A DNA stretch of 64,000 bases from IMG/VR virus record IMGVR_UViG_3300036801_000102, positions 211 to 64,210 of that record. One strand, given 5' to 3'. The position numbers and the translations under genes are program-made. Below are positions 26,601-35,230 of the stretch, in pieces; positions within the stretch are counted from its first letter, which is position 1, and every line of letters begins with the position of its first letter. The notes beneath the pieces were generated by a model. It saw nothing but the letters and a program-made list of their open reading frames with translations. It was not told the origin of the DNA and made no database searches. Source of the DNA: a virus. Taxonomy: Duplodnaviria; Caudoviricetes.

Positions 26601-28405
26601 CAAGATCGGCCGGCATGCGGCGGCAGCCTTTGCGTGGGTCAGGTAGCTTCCTGAAGCAGCGATCGTTTCCGACTCAACTTGAAGGCATTGCCGCCGGCCT
26701 TGAGCCAGTGACGTTCAATCCGGTCGATCTGCAACTCATCAAGTTGCATGAGATGCAGAAATTCTACCACGGAACTGTGTTGGCCGATCGGATGAAGGCT
26801 GAGCGTCTGGCAACCTGGGTGCCTGCTACGGCTCAAGCGGAGCGCGATGCAGCGATCGATGGCTACAAAAAGCTAGACGACACGATCTTCAAGCCTCGTA
26901 TGATGGGACAAGCGAACAATGCTGGGTTTGGCCGCCTCGAGCCCGGCAACTACTGGGCGCCAGAGCCTATTGCGCGTGTCTTCAACAACTATATGAGCCA
27001 GGGATGGCATGGTCAGTCCGTCATCTACGACGGTGTGCGCCGCGGCAATAATGCGCTGAATACGATGCAGCTCGGGTTTTCTGGCTTCCATGCGGCATTC
27101 GTCACGGCCGACACCGCCATCAGCAAGGTAGCACTTGGGCTCCAGCAGGCAGCTGCTGGGCATCCGATCCGCGGGTTGGGCAATATGTTCTCAGGCGCGA
27201 CGATCGGCCATGCGATGGTCAGCACGGTTCGGAAGGGATCTGAACTGCGGCGGGCGTGGTTAGATCCAGCGAATGCTACGCCAGAAATGCAGCAGGTGGT
27301 GAAGGCTCTGGAAGCCGGTGGTGGCCGGATCGGAATGCCTGAATTTTATCAGACTAGTGCATCGGGTTCGTTCTTCCGGAACCTTTCGGACCTAAAGAAT
27401 CCACAGTCTGTCTTCTATCAGGCTGCGCAGATGTTCCGTGATTCGCCAGGTGTGCTGAACAAGGCGATCATGGTGCCGCTGCGGCTGGCTGGCCGAGCAA
27501 TTGACACGCTAAATCAACCGCTCATGGGCACACTTGTGCCGCGAGCGAAACTTGGCGTCTTCGCCGACATGGCGCAGAACTGGCTGCGTGACAATCCCTC
27601 AGCGACAAGAGAACGGGTGGCTGAGGCCATGACCAAGTTTCAGGACAGCGTTGATAATCGACTGGGACAATTGAACTACGACAATCTGTTTTGGAATAAG
27701 ACAGCGAAAGACATTGCATTCATCACTACCAGATCTGTTGGCTGGAATCTTGGCACAGTGCGCGAGATAGGTGGTTCATTTGTCGATAGCACATCAGCTC
27801 TTAAGGCAATTGCAAATGGCAAAGCTCCACAGTTTTCTACGCGGATGGCCTATACAATTGCATTGCCAATTGTCACTGCTGAAATTGGCGCAATTATGAC
27901 GTATCTATCAACCGGCCAAGCTCCACAATCCATGTTGGATTACTTCTACCCTCCGACTGGAGGCCAAGATGATAAAGGCAATGTCGAGCGTCGGATGATT
28001 CCTGGCTATATGAAAGATGTAATTGCTGCTTGGAAGGACCTGGTACAGACCGCTCTCAACAAGACATCGCCACTGCTGGAAACTCTGGCAGAGCTGCGCC
28101 AGAATAAGGATTACTATGGAGGGATTATCTATGATCCACAGCATGATAGGCCGCTCCAGGCATATGGCGATTATCTGCTGAACCAGACTGCACCATTTTC
28201 ACTCCGGTCTTTCAATAAGTTGCATGGCGAGGACGCTCCGATGATCGACCAGGCGCTAAGTTTTTGGGGCTTCCAGGCAGCTCCAAAATCGATCACGAAT
28301 CCAGAGCGCGGAGAAATGTTCCAGAAGAGAGAGAACCTTAAGGGATATCGCAAGCGGATGAGAGAGCCTGGCAGATTGAACGTGTTCAATGCGCCGGAAT
28401 CGTGA
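23633..28405 (+). CDS. Large ejection protein with N-terminal lytic transglycosylase (SLT) domain
   Basis: QESGGDPRAVS.QGAAGLMQLMPETA...AAYYHGG; 4 NPFA(Q/R)FD repeats; 1590 aa. Confidence 0.8.
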   Translation: MAEDANPFAQFDSGDARPSPAVLAAAVDHAGQQHDVDPDLIHLFINQESGGDPRAVSTQGAAGLMQLMPETAATLGVRDLFNWRQSLDAGTRYLKQGLNTYNGRVDLAAAYYHGGPDVDQWGPKTADYSDRVMQAYQARKAAQQQQRPTQETNPFAQFDKSPPQQVNPFAQFDKPAPATGTTSDAGRPLTSRQTVSQMPMAKTEAEAPVPPGQQAQTPLVGGPTPEGKAIIEAAKEGWQNTPDLLTPMAQQWADAHGLGGDARALGWVLKGFNAAWSGATETANQIGTAFGQPLLGRDAAAMIETAGMTGAPHVPLREALRGMPESAAPAEVSREALADIATGKPEATPNAGLPTLQRMAAEATERQKAAENAAVEDTPKPPVTPEARATEELQAVAEPAQAAAPEPVKPAPVSPPPEVLATPPQESTAEAARAAGVTEPEIAANPFARFDEPAVSENTSLFPEAEPLTPAPKLGNVTPYEPIPREPTRLINFLRQPTVLNQGTVHETTLPGGLQDAGGDLKAILGGTKGRPGLISKNGRTLDDAALMAWESGYLPGAERPDTNMLLDAIRDDHNGVPRYSEHDLDRVEAYHAATERNAEIDRLSTEHENPTAGRTRDQFFDDLADRMSTDDFAREIAAQDDAGAAAYAEFEKQAKSVASEARNARDFYGQSQARSLEDLEREYASETAAPALGQHEASGEQPGLAGEPSAAGQESNAPRGGVTRDAGRTAAADHAETDILGKEVVQPRAKATPEPTIRNDTRQDVMPGMEPSARQAQEARDAQGRGALQSDVPQKKADEGLFAPDTTGQGTLYSFPGALFDPAAWRRAFGNLGHQVQTNPQFELLRDKRGIAFAAGEIRAGLAPTSYRGAKPMEYALRQHNAASAHAYDQSFHALEQVRAAVDKLPKDAQIEFTDRMERGVAQPTPELQTIADALRSQLDGWATKIQGLGKGYLANAVENYIGHIWGNYADWAAQRQTTLPQTAMEAQARSAGMRRQPLRGSGSFLKQRSFPTQLEGIAAGLEPVTFNPVDLQLIKLHEMQKFYHGTVLADRMKAERLATWVPATAQAERDAAIDGYKKLDDTIFKPRMMGQANNAGFGRLEPGNYWAPEPIARVFNNYMSQGWHGQSVIYDGVRRGNNALNTMQLGFSGFHAAFVTADTAISKVALGLQQAAAGHPIRGLGNMFSGATIGHAMVSTVRKGSELRRAWLDPANATPEMQQVVKALEAGGGRIGMPEFYQTSASGSFFRNLSDLKNPQSVFYQAAQMFRDSPGVLNKAIMVPLRLAGRAIDTLNQPLMGTLVPRAKLGVFADMAQNWLRDNPSATRERVAEAMTKFQDSVDNRLGQLNYDNLFWNKTAKDIAFITTRSVGWNLGTVREIGGSFVDSTSALKAIANGKAPQFSTRMAYTIALPIVTAEIGAIMTYLSTGQAPQSMLDYFYPPTGGQDDKGNVERRMIPGYMKDVIAAWKDLVQTALNKTSPLLETLAELRQNKDYYGGIIYDPQHDRPLQAYGDYLLNQTAPFSLRSFNKLHGEDAPMIDQALSFWGFQAAPKSITNPERGEMFQKRENLKGYRKRMREPGRLNVFNAPES

Positions 28406-28480
28406 GCTTGAGGCGGCACTGATTGCCGCCGTTGCGCTTTTCCATATTTGGCGAGCATTGGCTGGCTTCTTCTGAACTGG

Positions 28481-28600
28481 TTGCCACCCCAAGTAGCAAC
28501 GATGTATAAGGCTACCGCCGACTGGCGCGCCGCCAGCGTGGTCTGTAGCGGTCTCTCTCCCTGACGCGCGCCGCTGACTGGAATCGGCGAAAGGACGCTT
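28481..28600 (+). promoter_or_regulatory. Putative lysis-cassette promoter and structured leader
   Basis: TTGCCA-N18-TATAAG; leader hairpin CTGGC-GCGCC-GCCAG (28522-28536) inside a GCTAC/GTAGC stem. Confidence 0.5.
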
Positions 28601-28602
28601 TC

Positions 28603-28977
28603 ATGACAGCAGTCCCGGGCTCAGGTGATGACGTAAGCGTGTGGCAGCCGCTTGGCGCGTTCGCACTTTCCCTGTTTGGAATCGGGTTTGGTATTTTTCG
28701 TTGGTTCCTGGGGAAAATCAAGGAAATACGTTTGGAAAATGAACAAGCCATTCTAGCGCTGCGGACTGAGGTGATTGCTCGGCTTGACAGACAATATTCT
28801 GAGAGTCGCGAAGATCGCGAACAAATAGGTAAATTTCGTGAGCTTATCCTGCAAACAATGGCGACGCGCACAGAAGTAGAGAGAGCATTGGACCGGCAGA
28901 CTCAGCAGATTGTCGAACGATTGGATGCTAGGTTCTCGCCATTTGAACCGCCGCGGAAGTCTCGCAGTGACGGCTAG
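28603..28977 (+). CDS. Single-TM coiled-coil membrane protein (holin/antiholin candidate)
   Basis: N-terminal TM segment, coiled-coil tail, directly upstream of the endolysin. Confidence 0.55.
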   Translation: MTAVPGSGDDVSVWQPLGAFALSLFGIGFGIFRWFLGKIKEIRLENEQAILALRTEVIARLDRQYSESREDREQIGKFRELILQTMATRTEVERALDRQTQQIVERLDARFSPFEPPRKSRSDG

Positions 28978-29500
28978 TAGTTTCCAGGCATCGCTAGATT
29001 TTATCTGGGCGCCTGACCGCGACGGAAGCCAGGATGACTCGGCGCCCGGCGAACCCTTCCAGACAGCATGGGGTATCACACAGACGACATGGGACTCGTC
29101 TGTTACGGATGGGATTGTCATCGGCGATCTGACGAGCGCAACTGAAGATCAGTGTGCTGCTATCTACCGAGTGCGCTACTGGAACGCCATGCATGCATCG
29201 TCGCTGCCGACTGGCGTTGACCTGATGTGCTTCAACGACGCGACGCTCACCGGCCCGGGTCATACCGCCAGGCTGCTTCAACGAACGGTCGGCGCGGTGC
29301 AGGATGGCGCGATTGGACCTGACACACTACGCCGCGTCGGCAGCTTCGGCGTCAAGGCGCTGATCGACACGCTTGCCGCAGCTGACGCTCTTTACCTCAT
29401 GACACTCGCCAACGCTCCGAAGTTTCTGAATGGCTGGACGCGGCGTGAGAACGCATGTCGTGCTGCAGCCTACAAGATCGCGAGAATACAGGCGTCATGA
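28967..29500 (+). CDS. Endolysin, glycoside hydrolase family 108 with PG-binding domain
   Basis: T.WGIT, AIYR.RYW, LP.GVD...F.D, LLQR.VG...DG.IGP.TL, FLNGW.RR. Confidence 0.8.
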   Translation: MTASSFQASLDFIWAPDRDGSQDDSAPGEPFQTAWGITQTTWDSSVTDGIVIGDLTSATEDQCAAIYRVRYWNAMHASSLPTGVDLMCFNDATLTGPGHTARLLQRTVGAVQDGAIGPDTLRRVGSFGVKALIDTLAAADALYLMTLANAPKFLNGWTRRENACRAAAYKIARIQAS

Positions 29501-29715
29501 ACCCATCTCCAGTCGTAACAGGTGGCTTGGTCGTCAGCGGTGCGATGCTTGCTGGCTTGGTCACTTACGTCTTCTCGCTGACCCATTTGCCGGCTCTATC
29601 GGTTGAGCAGGCTGGCACGATTGCCGCGCTCCTGATGGGTGCAGGGCACGGTATCGGCAAAGCCTTCATGTGGTTTATCAATCGGCGTTGGCCGCCGCAG
29701 AAAGGGTCAGCGTGA
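29497..29715 (+). CDS. Putative holin
   Basis: 72 aa, two hydrophobic helices, basic C-terminus, ATGA-coupled to endolysin. Confidence 0.6.
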   Translation: MNPSPVVTGGLVVSGAMLAGLVTYVFSLTHLPALSVEQAGTIAALLMGAGHGIGKAFMWFINRRWPPQKGSA

Positions 29716-29761
29716 CGCCCCAGGCGCGGGGGAGCCGCGCACATCACAATCGGAGACTTAC

Positions 29762-30289
29762 ATGGACTTCAACATGAATCGCCGCCGTGCGCTCGGCGCT
29801 GCTGGCTTCTTGGCGGCCGGTGCTGCACTGACTCTCGCTGGCTGCAAGAATCAGACAACAGATCAGCTGACAGCCGACGTGAATCTGCTGTCCAGCGGTC
29901 TGAGTGGCATTGTCACTCAGCTGAGTGATCCCGCTTTGAAGGTGCCACCCAATGTGATCGCTCAGGTGCAGAAGGCCCTCACTGACCTGCAGATGAACGC
30001 AGCACAGATCGGCACGTCATTGACGCCAAATGCCAATGCGATTCAGACCATTTCAACTGCTGTATCCACGATTGCGTCGCTGGCTATGCCGTTCTTTGCG
30101 GCTGCTCCGCAATTCGCTCCTGTCGTTGCAATCGTTCAGGCGGCTTTGGCACTCTTGCCGGCGATCGTAGCGTTTGTTGGTGCTCCTACTCCAGCGCCAG
30201 CTGCCAAAGCAGCACGAAGCATGACACCAGATCAGGCTCGCCTCGTTCTGCAAGATGCTCCTGCGACGATGACACGTCGCAGCTTCTAG
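29762..30289 (+). CDS. Twin-arginine (Tat) lipoprotein
   Basis: MNRRRALG..FL...LTLAG-C; hydrophobic C-terminal hairpin. Confidence 0.6.
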   Translation: MDFNMNRRRALGAAGFLAAGAALTLAGCKNQTTDQLTADVNLLSSGLSGIVTQLSDPALKVPPNVIAQVQKALTDLQMNAAQIGTSLTPNANAIQTISTAVSTIASLAMPFFAAAPQFAPVVAIVQAALALLPAIVAFVGAPTPAPAAKAARSMTPDQARLVLQDAPATMTRRSF

Positions 30290-30310
30290 CGATGAAAGGA
30301 GAACGGCAGG

Positions 30311-31090
30311 ATGGACAATAATCGGCAGCTTGGGAGACTTCCTGCCGTTCTCGATGAGCGTGTGCCGGCAATGGCTGTACATATGCCATTTGCATCGTTG
30401 CCGCCGCCGCCGCGCAACATCAACTGGTATGCAGATGTTGGCGACTGGCCGATGCTCATGAACAATATTCGTGGTAACTGCGTCATTGCCGCAGCTGGCC
30501 ACTATGTGCAGCAGGTCACGACCTATCAAGATGCTCCTCGGATCATGACCGACGCCGAGGCTGATACGGCCTATCAGGCAGTGAACAACTGGACGCCGAC
30601 CGCTGCCGATACGGTTGGTCCTGGAACTTACGTGCTGGGACCGAATGGACTGCTGCAGTACTGGCGCACCAAGGGGCTCATGATCGGTGGTGCGCTGCAT
30701 CGCTGCGGCCCTGCAGCGCGAGTGGACATTCGCGACGAAGAGCAGATCGCCCAGGCCATTGATGTGTTCGGCGGTCTCTTAGTCGGCGTCACTCTCCGAG
30801 AGGACGCCTACAACGCTGACTTCCTCATGGACAGCCCGGGTGGCCGTGTCATCAGCGGGCATGAGGTCTGGGTCAACGGGCTTGAGACGCTGGCCAGCGG
30901 CTACCGCGTCTATGACATCGTGAGCTGGGGCATGCGCATGCGGATAACCGGACCGGTGCTGCAAGCGCTGATCGAAGAAGCCCAGATCATCATTGATACC
31001 GACGATATGGCTGCGCGCGGGCATGATCCTGCCGACGTGCCTATTGCAACACTCGAGGCGACGATGGCGACGAATTTCCCGAGTGCGTAA
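30311..31090 (+). CDS. Papain-like cysteine peptidase
   Basis: ML.N..GNCVIAA..H (Cys), GHEV.V.G (His), IVSWG. Confidence 0.55.
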   Translation: MDNNRQLGRLPAVLDERVPAMAVHMPFASLPPPPRNINWYADVGDWPMLMNNIRGNCVIAAAGHYVQQVTTYQDAPRIMTDAEADTAYQAVNNWTPTAADTVGPGTYVLGPNGLLQYWRTKGLMIGGALHRCGPAARVDIRDEEQIAQAIDVFGGLLVGVTLREDAYNADFLMDSPGGRVISGHEVWVNGLETLASGYRVYDIVSWGMRMRITGPVLQALIEEAQIIIDTDDMAARGHDPADVPIATLEATMATNFPSA

Positions 31091-31214
31091 GCTGGCTGGT
31101 TGGCCGCAGCCCGACCACCTTCATCACGTAGCTGTGATTCTCTGTACTGTGTGACCTAAATCACTTCCCAGACGAATCCACTTCGCCCTAGATTAATACG
31201 GAAGTAAGGGAGGA

Positions 31215-31871
31215 GTGGCAATGATCAACGTTGTCAATGGCCGCATTATCAGTGGCCCCTATAGCGTCAATGGCGATTACGTCTTCACTGCCTCGAGCCA
31301 GGTCGAGAATGCTAGCATAAGCGCTGGCTACACCATGGTGACAGGGTACCATGGCCCAGGCATTCAGTCTCCGTTTGCTGATGTAACTGTTCACGGCACG
31401 ATCGGGGCGAATGACACTTTCACCGTCGGAATGGCGTCTCTCACTGCCGTGCAGTACCCATCCAAGCTCGAGCTGGCCAGCAATCCCACATCAGCGACTG
31501 ACACGATCAACGTCAACTACGGTATGCTCCAGCTTGATACGCCGATCAGCTTCCTCGATCCGCCGCCAGAGAAAATCAACGTCAATTGGGCTCAGGAGAG
31601 CGGCAGCGCCGCGCCGGCACCGAAGGTGACCGGAGCTCTCTTCAGCTTCCTGACGCCATGGGCGCCTTTCGCACCGACATGGACGGCGCACGACATGAAC
31701 TTCAGCTACTACCACCACAACTGGTCGATCCACATCAACGAGCCGATGATAGCGGTTAAGCCAGAGATGATCGTCTCGGCGGCGGCCGGCGGCAATTTCC
31801 TGGTGACGATCGCCTTCCCAGGTGCGCCAGTCCCAGCCGGCGGAACCGTGATGCATCCGACCTTCGCATAA
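31215..31871 (+). CDS. Hypothetical beta-rich protein (moron-like)
   Basis: Own intergenic region and strong RBS (GGGAGGA). Confidence 0.55.
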   Translation: MAMINVVNGRIISGPYSVNGDYVFTASSQVENASISAGYTMVTGYHGPGIQSPFADVTVHGTIGANDTFTVGMASLTAVQYPSKLELASNPTSATDTINVNYGMLQLDTPISFLDPPPEKINVNWAQESGSAAPAPKVTGALFSFLTPWAPFAPTWTAHDMNFSYYHHNWSIHINEPMIAVKPEMIVSAAAGGNFLVTIAFPGAPVPAGGTVMHPTFA

Positions 31872-31879
31872 GGCAGCGA

Positions 31880-31949
31880 CGAGCCGATAAATTCTGCCGA
31901 TAAATCCCCCTCCCCAATTTATAGTTTATCGGGAGGATTTATCGGCTCG
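31880..31949. repeat. 26-bp imperfect inverted repeat built of four CCGATAAA units (terminator or recombinase-type site)
   Basis: CGAGCCGATAAATTCTGCCGATAAAT ... GTTTATCGGGAGGATTTATCGGCTCG, 23/26 match, at a convergent-gene junction. Confidence 0.8.
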
Positions 31950-32722
31950 CGGGAGCGCTGTATGGGGGTGGCAATCATCTGCTGATAATTCTCGGAGATT
32001 TGTTCGAGTGTGATCTGCTCAGGATCGAACCCGAGCAGACGATTCCGTGTCTCCGGATCCGCCTTGGCTAGCACCAGCAGCGCGTCTGCAATCTTCTGGA
32101 AATCTGGATGCGTCATGACGTGGTTCGCTATGTCTGATGCCGACCAAGACTCGCCAGAGCGTTGCCGTCTGATAGTCTCCATCTGACTAAGTGCTCCGCA
32201 TGCGGCCATGAAGGCTCGTCCTTTTGCCGTTTGTGGCTGGAACATCCACGTCGGCTGTCTGTGATCGCCGTCGTAGGAGTCGAGCACACCGAACAGCGCA
32301 TAGAGACGGCAGTCATATTGTCGGCAGGCATTGGGGCGATACTCGTAGACCGTGCAACCGCCTGGACCGAGGTGGACACAAGCGCCATCCGCACGCTTGC
32401 GCAGGAACCATCCTTGTGAATCCTCTCGCCACTCAAGATCGAGATGCGCAAGCCGTTCAGGTGGCTCCATGGTTGGGTGCACATCGACGCCACTATGATA
32501 ACAGCACTCGGTGCATCCGGCGCATGGCACGGTGGCGGTAGGGACTGGGTTGCCGCGCAATACCGTTTCGGCAGAAGCCAGGAGCTGCTCGCGCCAGACC
32601 ATCGGATCGCCTGCTGCTCTAGCAGTCTCAATATTCCCTGTGGCGATGTTCCTAAACGGCACCAAAGCACCGATAGGCTTTGGATATGTGCCGGCTAGCT
32701 TCCGGCGGCGGGCTTCGCCCAT
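31919..32722 (-). CDS. YkgJ-family (CxxCxxCC) cysteine-cluster protein
   Basis: CAGCTECC...GACVHL..GGCTVYEYRPNACRQYDC. Confidence 0.8.
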   Translation of the reverse strand: MGEARRRKLAGTYPKPIGALVPFRNIATGNIETARAAGDPMVWREQLLASAETVLRGNPVPTATVPCAGCTECCYHSGVDVHPTMEPPERLAHLDLEWREDSQGWFLRKRADGACVHLGPGGCTVYEYRPNACRQYDCRLYALFGVLDSYDGDHRQPTWMFQPQTAKGRAFMAACGALSQMETIRRQRSGESWSASDIANHVMTHPDFQKIADALLVLAKADPETRNRLLGFDPEQITLEQISENYQQMIATPIQRSREPINPPDKL

Positions 32723-32748
32723 AGTCGGCTGTATCCTTTTGTGTTGGG

Positions 32749-33024
32749 TCAGAGGCCCAGCGCCTTAACAATCTCGTCGCGTTGAAACTCGATTGTGGTG
32801 CTGTCCAGCAGCGGATGAGACGTGTTCCTCATGTATGTGGTCCGGTTCTGGGCCACCATATACATGGCAAGATATACCAATCGCACAGTCCTCGGCAGAT
32901 CCTGCCAGGAAATCTCGTAGGAGTTGGAAGCCACCTCGGAAGGGAAAAGCGAATCGTCCAAAGCGGAAACGCCCGCCTCAATCATCTCTGGCGTGACCTC
33001 TATTTCGTCGTTAGCTGCGTTCAT
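32749..33024 (-). CDS. Hypothetical phage protein (EVTPEMIEAG motif)
   Basis: RBS GGGAGA; motif common in phage small proteins. Confidence 0.55.
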   Translation of the reverse strand: MNAANDEIEVTPEMIEAGVSALDDSLFPSEVASNSYEISWQDLPRTVRLVYLAMYMVAQNRTTYMRNTSHPLLDSTTIEFQRDEIVKALGL

Positions 33025-33029
33025 CTTTA

Positions 33030-33200
33030 GTCTCCCAGGCATGGGTTGGAATTCGGATCCAGGAGAATCTTGTCCCGAGATTCTCAATGATTCCAGTCTA
33101 ACGATTTCCCTGCTGAATATGTGCCGCCACTTTTTCTCGTGTTGTTTCAGCAAGTTAGCAGGGCAGCTTTCTATTTTCCCTGAGCTTGTCTCGAGTTTGC
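33030..33200. other. Candidate attP region
   Basis: Non-coding, more AT-rich stretch just downstream of int; hairpin GAGAATCTTG/CGAGATTCTC; IHF-like TTTCAGCAAGTTA; core not identifiable. Confidence 0.35.
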
Positions 33201-34135
33201 AGACGCACGATCGCTGCGCTTGCCAGGCGCTCCTGGTCAGCGCCACGGGTGTAGAGCGCCACCATGGCAAGCGTCCGGTGCCCAGTAACTGCGGCGATCT
33301 CGTGCGGTGTGCAGCCGGCGTCAGCCAAGCTTGTGGCTGCCAGCTTCCGTAGTCCATGGACGTTGAGACCGGCCGGCATCTCGAGACGAGCGAGCGCAAC
33401 GGGCAGCTCGTGGCTCAGGTGCACGGGCCGCCATGGTCGGCCAAGCGTGTTGGTCAGGATGCTGACTGAGGTTGCCTCTTCCCGCCACCGGGCCAGTTCA
33501 GCTCGCAGGGCCGGATGACAGGGGATGACCAGCTCCTCGCCGGTCTTCTGTTGCTTGACACGGATGCTCTCGCCGTCGAATGCCGACCAGGTCATGGCGC
33601 ACAGATCCCCGCGGCGCTGCCCGGTGTAGCGCGCCAGAACAACCACACGGCGTAGGTGCTCCGGCAGCTCGGCCTGCGCTTTGTCTGCTTCCTGTGCGCT
33701 CCAGGCCCGGAGGTGACCGCCGCTGAGCGCCTTGATTCGGTTGGCTGGACTGTAGTCGATCCACTCTCGGTCAACGGCCCAGCTCAGCAACGCCGAAACC
33801 GACCGGATGAATCCCTGGGCAGCGCCCCGGCCGCGCGACTGCATAATGGCGTCGCGGGCAATCAAGAGATCACGCCGGCGCACCTCGGCGACACGAATGT
33901 GTCCAACCTTCTCGATCTCGCGAAGGTAAGTGGCATATGTTCTGCGGCTGTTCTCGGCCAGCGTGTGCCACTCGGGGCTACGTCGATATGCCTCGATCAG
34001 TGCGTCGATGGTGTCGGCCGGTCTCTCGCGACGCTTGGGTTTGTGAGGAGCATAGCGGTACTCCTTGACAGTGCCGTCAGCGAGTGTGTGTCGAACGACG
34101 CGCTGTGCTCGGCGCCCCTTTGGCCGCGATCTCAT
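33155..34135 (-). CDS. int: Tyrosine recombinase (phage integrase)
   Basis: TGQRRGDL (R), QQKTG (K), HGLRK (HxxR), TGH, LYT (Y). Confidence 0.92.
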   Translation of the reverse strand: MRSRPKGRRAQRVVRHTLADGTVKEYRYAPHKPKRRERPADTIDALIEAYRRSPEWHTLAENSRRTYATYLREIEKVGHIRVAEVRRRDLLIARDAIMQSRGRGAAQGFIRSVSALLSWAVDREWIDYSPANRIKALSGGHLRAWSAQEADKAQAELPEHLRRVVVLARYTGQRRGDLCAMTWSAFDGESIRVKQQKTGEELVIPCHPALRAELARWREEATSVSILTNTLGRPWRPVHLSHELPVALARLEMPAGLNVHGLRKLAATSLADAGCTPHEIAAVTGHRTLAMVALYTRGADQERLASAAIVRLQTRDKLRENRKLPC

Positions 34136-34361
34136 TGGCTAGCCCCTGAAATGCATGTCGCGCATCCGCCGATGCTGGGCCGCCGTCGAAAGCAGCGTCA
34201 AGTGCTAGGCGGTCCCAGCGCGGCGAGCGCTGCCCCAGCGTGTAGTCGGGCTTGGGTATGCGGCCTTGCCGCACTAGCCGCGGTATCGCGTCAACTCGAA
34301 CGCTGATGTAGGCAGCCGCAGCTTCGACGTTGAGCCAGCGCGGCTCAGATCGTTCGGACAT
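34077..34361 (-). CDS. xis: Excisionase-like HTH protein
   Basis: RWLNVEAAAAYISV......LVRQGRIPKP.....PRWDR.ALD; overlaps the int start. Confidence 0.7.
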   Translation of the reverse strand: MSERSEPRWLNVEAAAAYISVRVDAIPRLVRQGRIPKPDYTLGQRSPRWDRLALDAAFDGGPASADARHAFQGLANEIAAKGAPSTARRSTHTR

Positions 34362-34362
34362 T

Positions 34363-34797
34363 TTAAATCCCAGCAACCCGCCCACGGGCTTTATAGGACG
34401 GACGCGGGGTGCCACTTGCCGCAAGCTCAGACAGTCGCTTTAACGCTTGTCCCCGATTTAGCATTTTTCTTTTGGGACTGATGTATTTCTGATCAATCTT
34501 CTGAACCTCGAAGGTAAATGGCACTACAGGATCACCAGCATCGAATCTAATTATGGCCTTAGCTGCTTTCGTCGGAACCGCCCAATGCTCACGTAAATTG
34601 CCACCATTTCTTGTACGCCTAGTTACGGTGATGCCGTTTGTGCGAACTGCGACATAAGAAATAGTAGTGTCCATCTCCTTGATAGCGGTGGCTATCATGC
34701 ATCGTTGAGGGGACCGACAATGCCCTTCGATTACGTGCTGTCTTTTGACTACGACTCTCATTACTATGATCCTGTCTCTAGAATGGGATAACATCAT
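34363..34797 (-). CDS. Hypothetical phage protein
   Basis: CMIATAI..., IIRFDAGD.V.PF.F; in leftward operon. Confidence 0.55.
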   Translation of the reverse strand: MMLSHSRDRIIVMRVVVKRQHVIEGHCRSPQRCMIATAIKEMDTTISYVAVRTNGITVTRRTRNGGNLREHWAVPTKAAKAIIRFDAGDPVVPFTFEVQKIDQKYISPKRKMLNRGQALKRLSELAASGTPRPSYKARGRVAGI

Positions 34798-35230
34798 CTA
34801 GATCATCAGCCGCAGCCTTAGTTCTTTTTGATGCTGGCGTAGCAACACCAGGCGCCTTGATGTAATCCTGAATGATGTTCTTGGCTGCGTATTCCTGTGT
34901 CGCCTTCTGCGTTGTGATCTTGCACAACCCAGTGCGGCCGATCATCTCATTGCTAATCAGGGTGCCCGTCTGATATTGCGGCAGCAGGCCGCACGAGGCA
35001 GCAAATCGGTGGACCTTCCATGCGGCTTTGTCAGTATTCACGAGGTAATCAAACACTAAGCGTCGGTTGCCAGTTTTGTCGAAAATCCACACCTCCAGCT
35101 CAGCCATATCGTTGCCTTGGCTGCTCTCCTTCTCAGTCGCATTGCGCACTTCGAAGTCGTAGGTCCCATCTGGCCATAGGTCGAGGGATCTGGCATTGGC
35201 TTCTTCTTCAGAAATGGGTATGAACCTCAG
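34778..35230 (-). CDS. DUF669-like single-stranded DNA-binding protein, probable CTG start
   Basis: WPDGTYDFEV..A.EKESSQGNDM..L, acidic DDVIPF tail; follows the Sak4-like ATPase; frame open to CTG overlapping the upstream TGA. Confidence 0.75.
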   Translation of the reverse strand: MRFIPISEEEANARSLDLWPDGTYDFEVRNATEKESSQGNDMAELEVWIFDKTGNRRLVFDYLVNTDKAAWKVHRFAASCGLLPQYQTGTLISNEMIGRTGLCKITTQKATQEYAAKNIIQDYIKAPGVATPASKRTKAAADDLDDVIPF

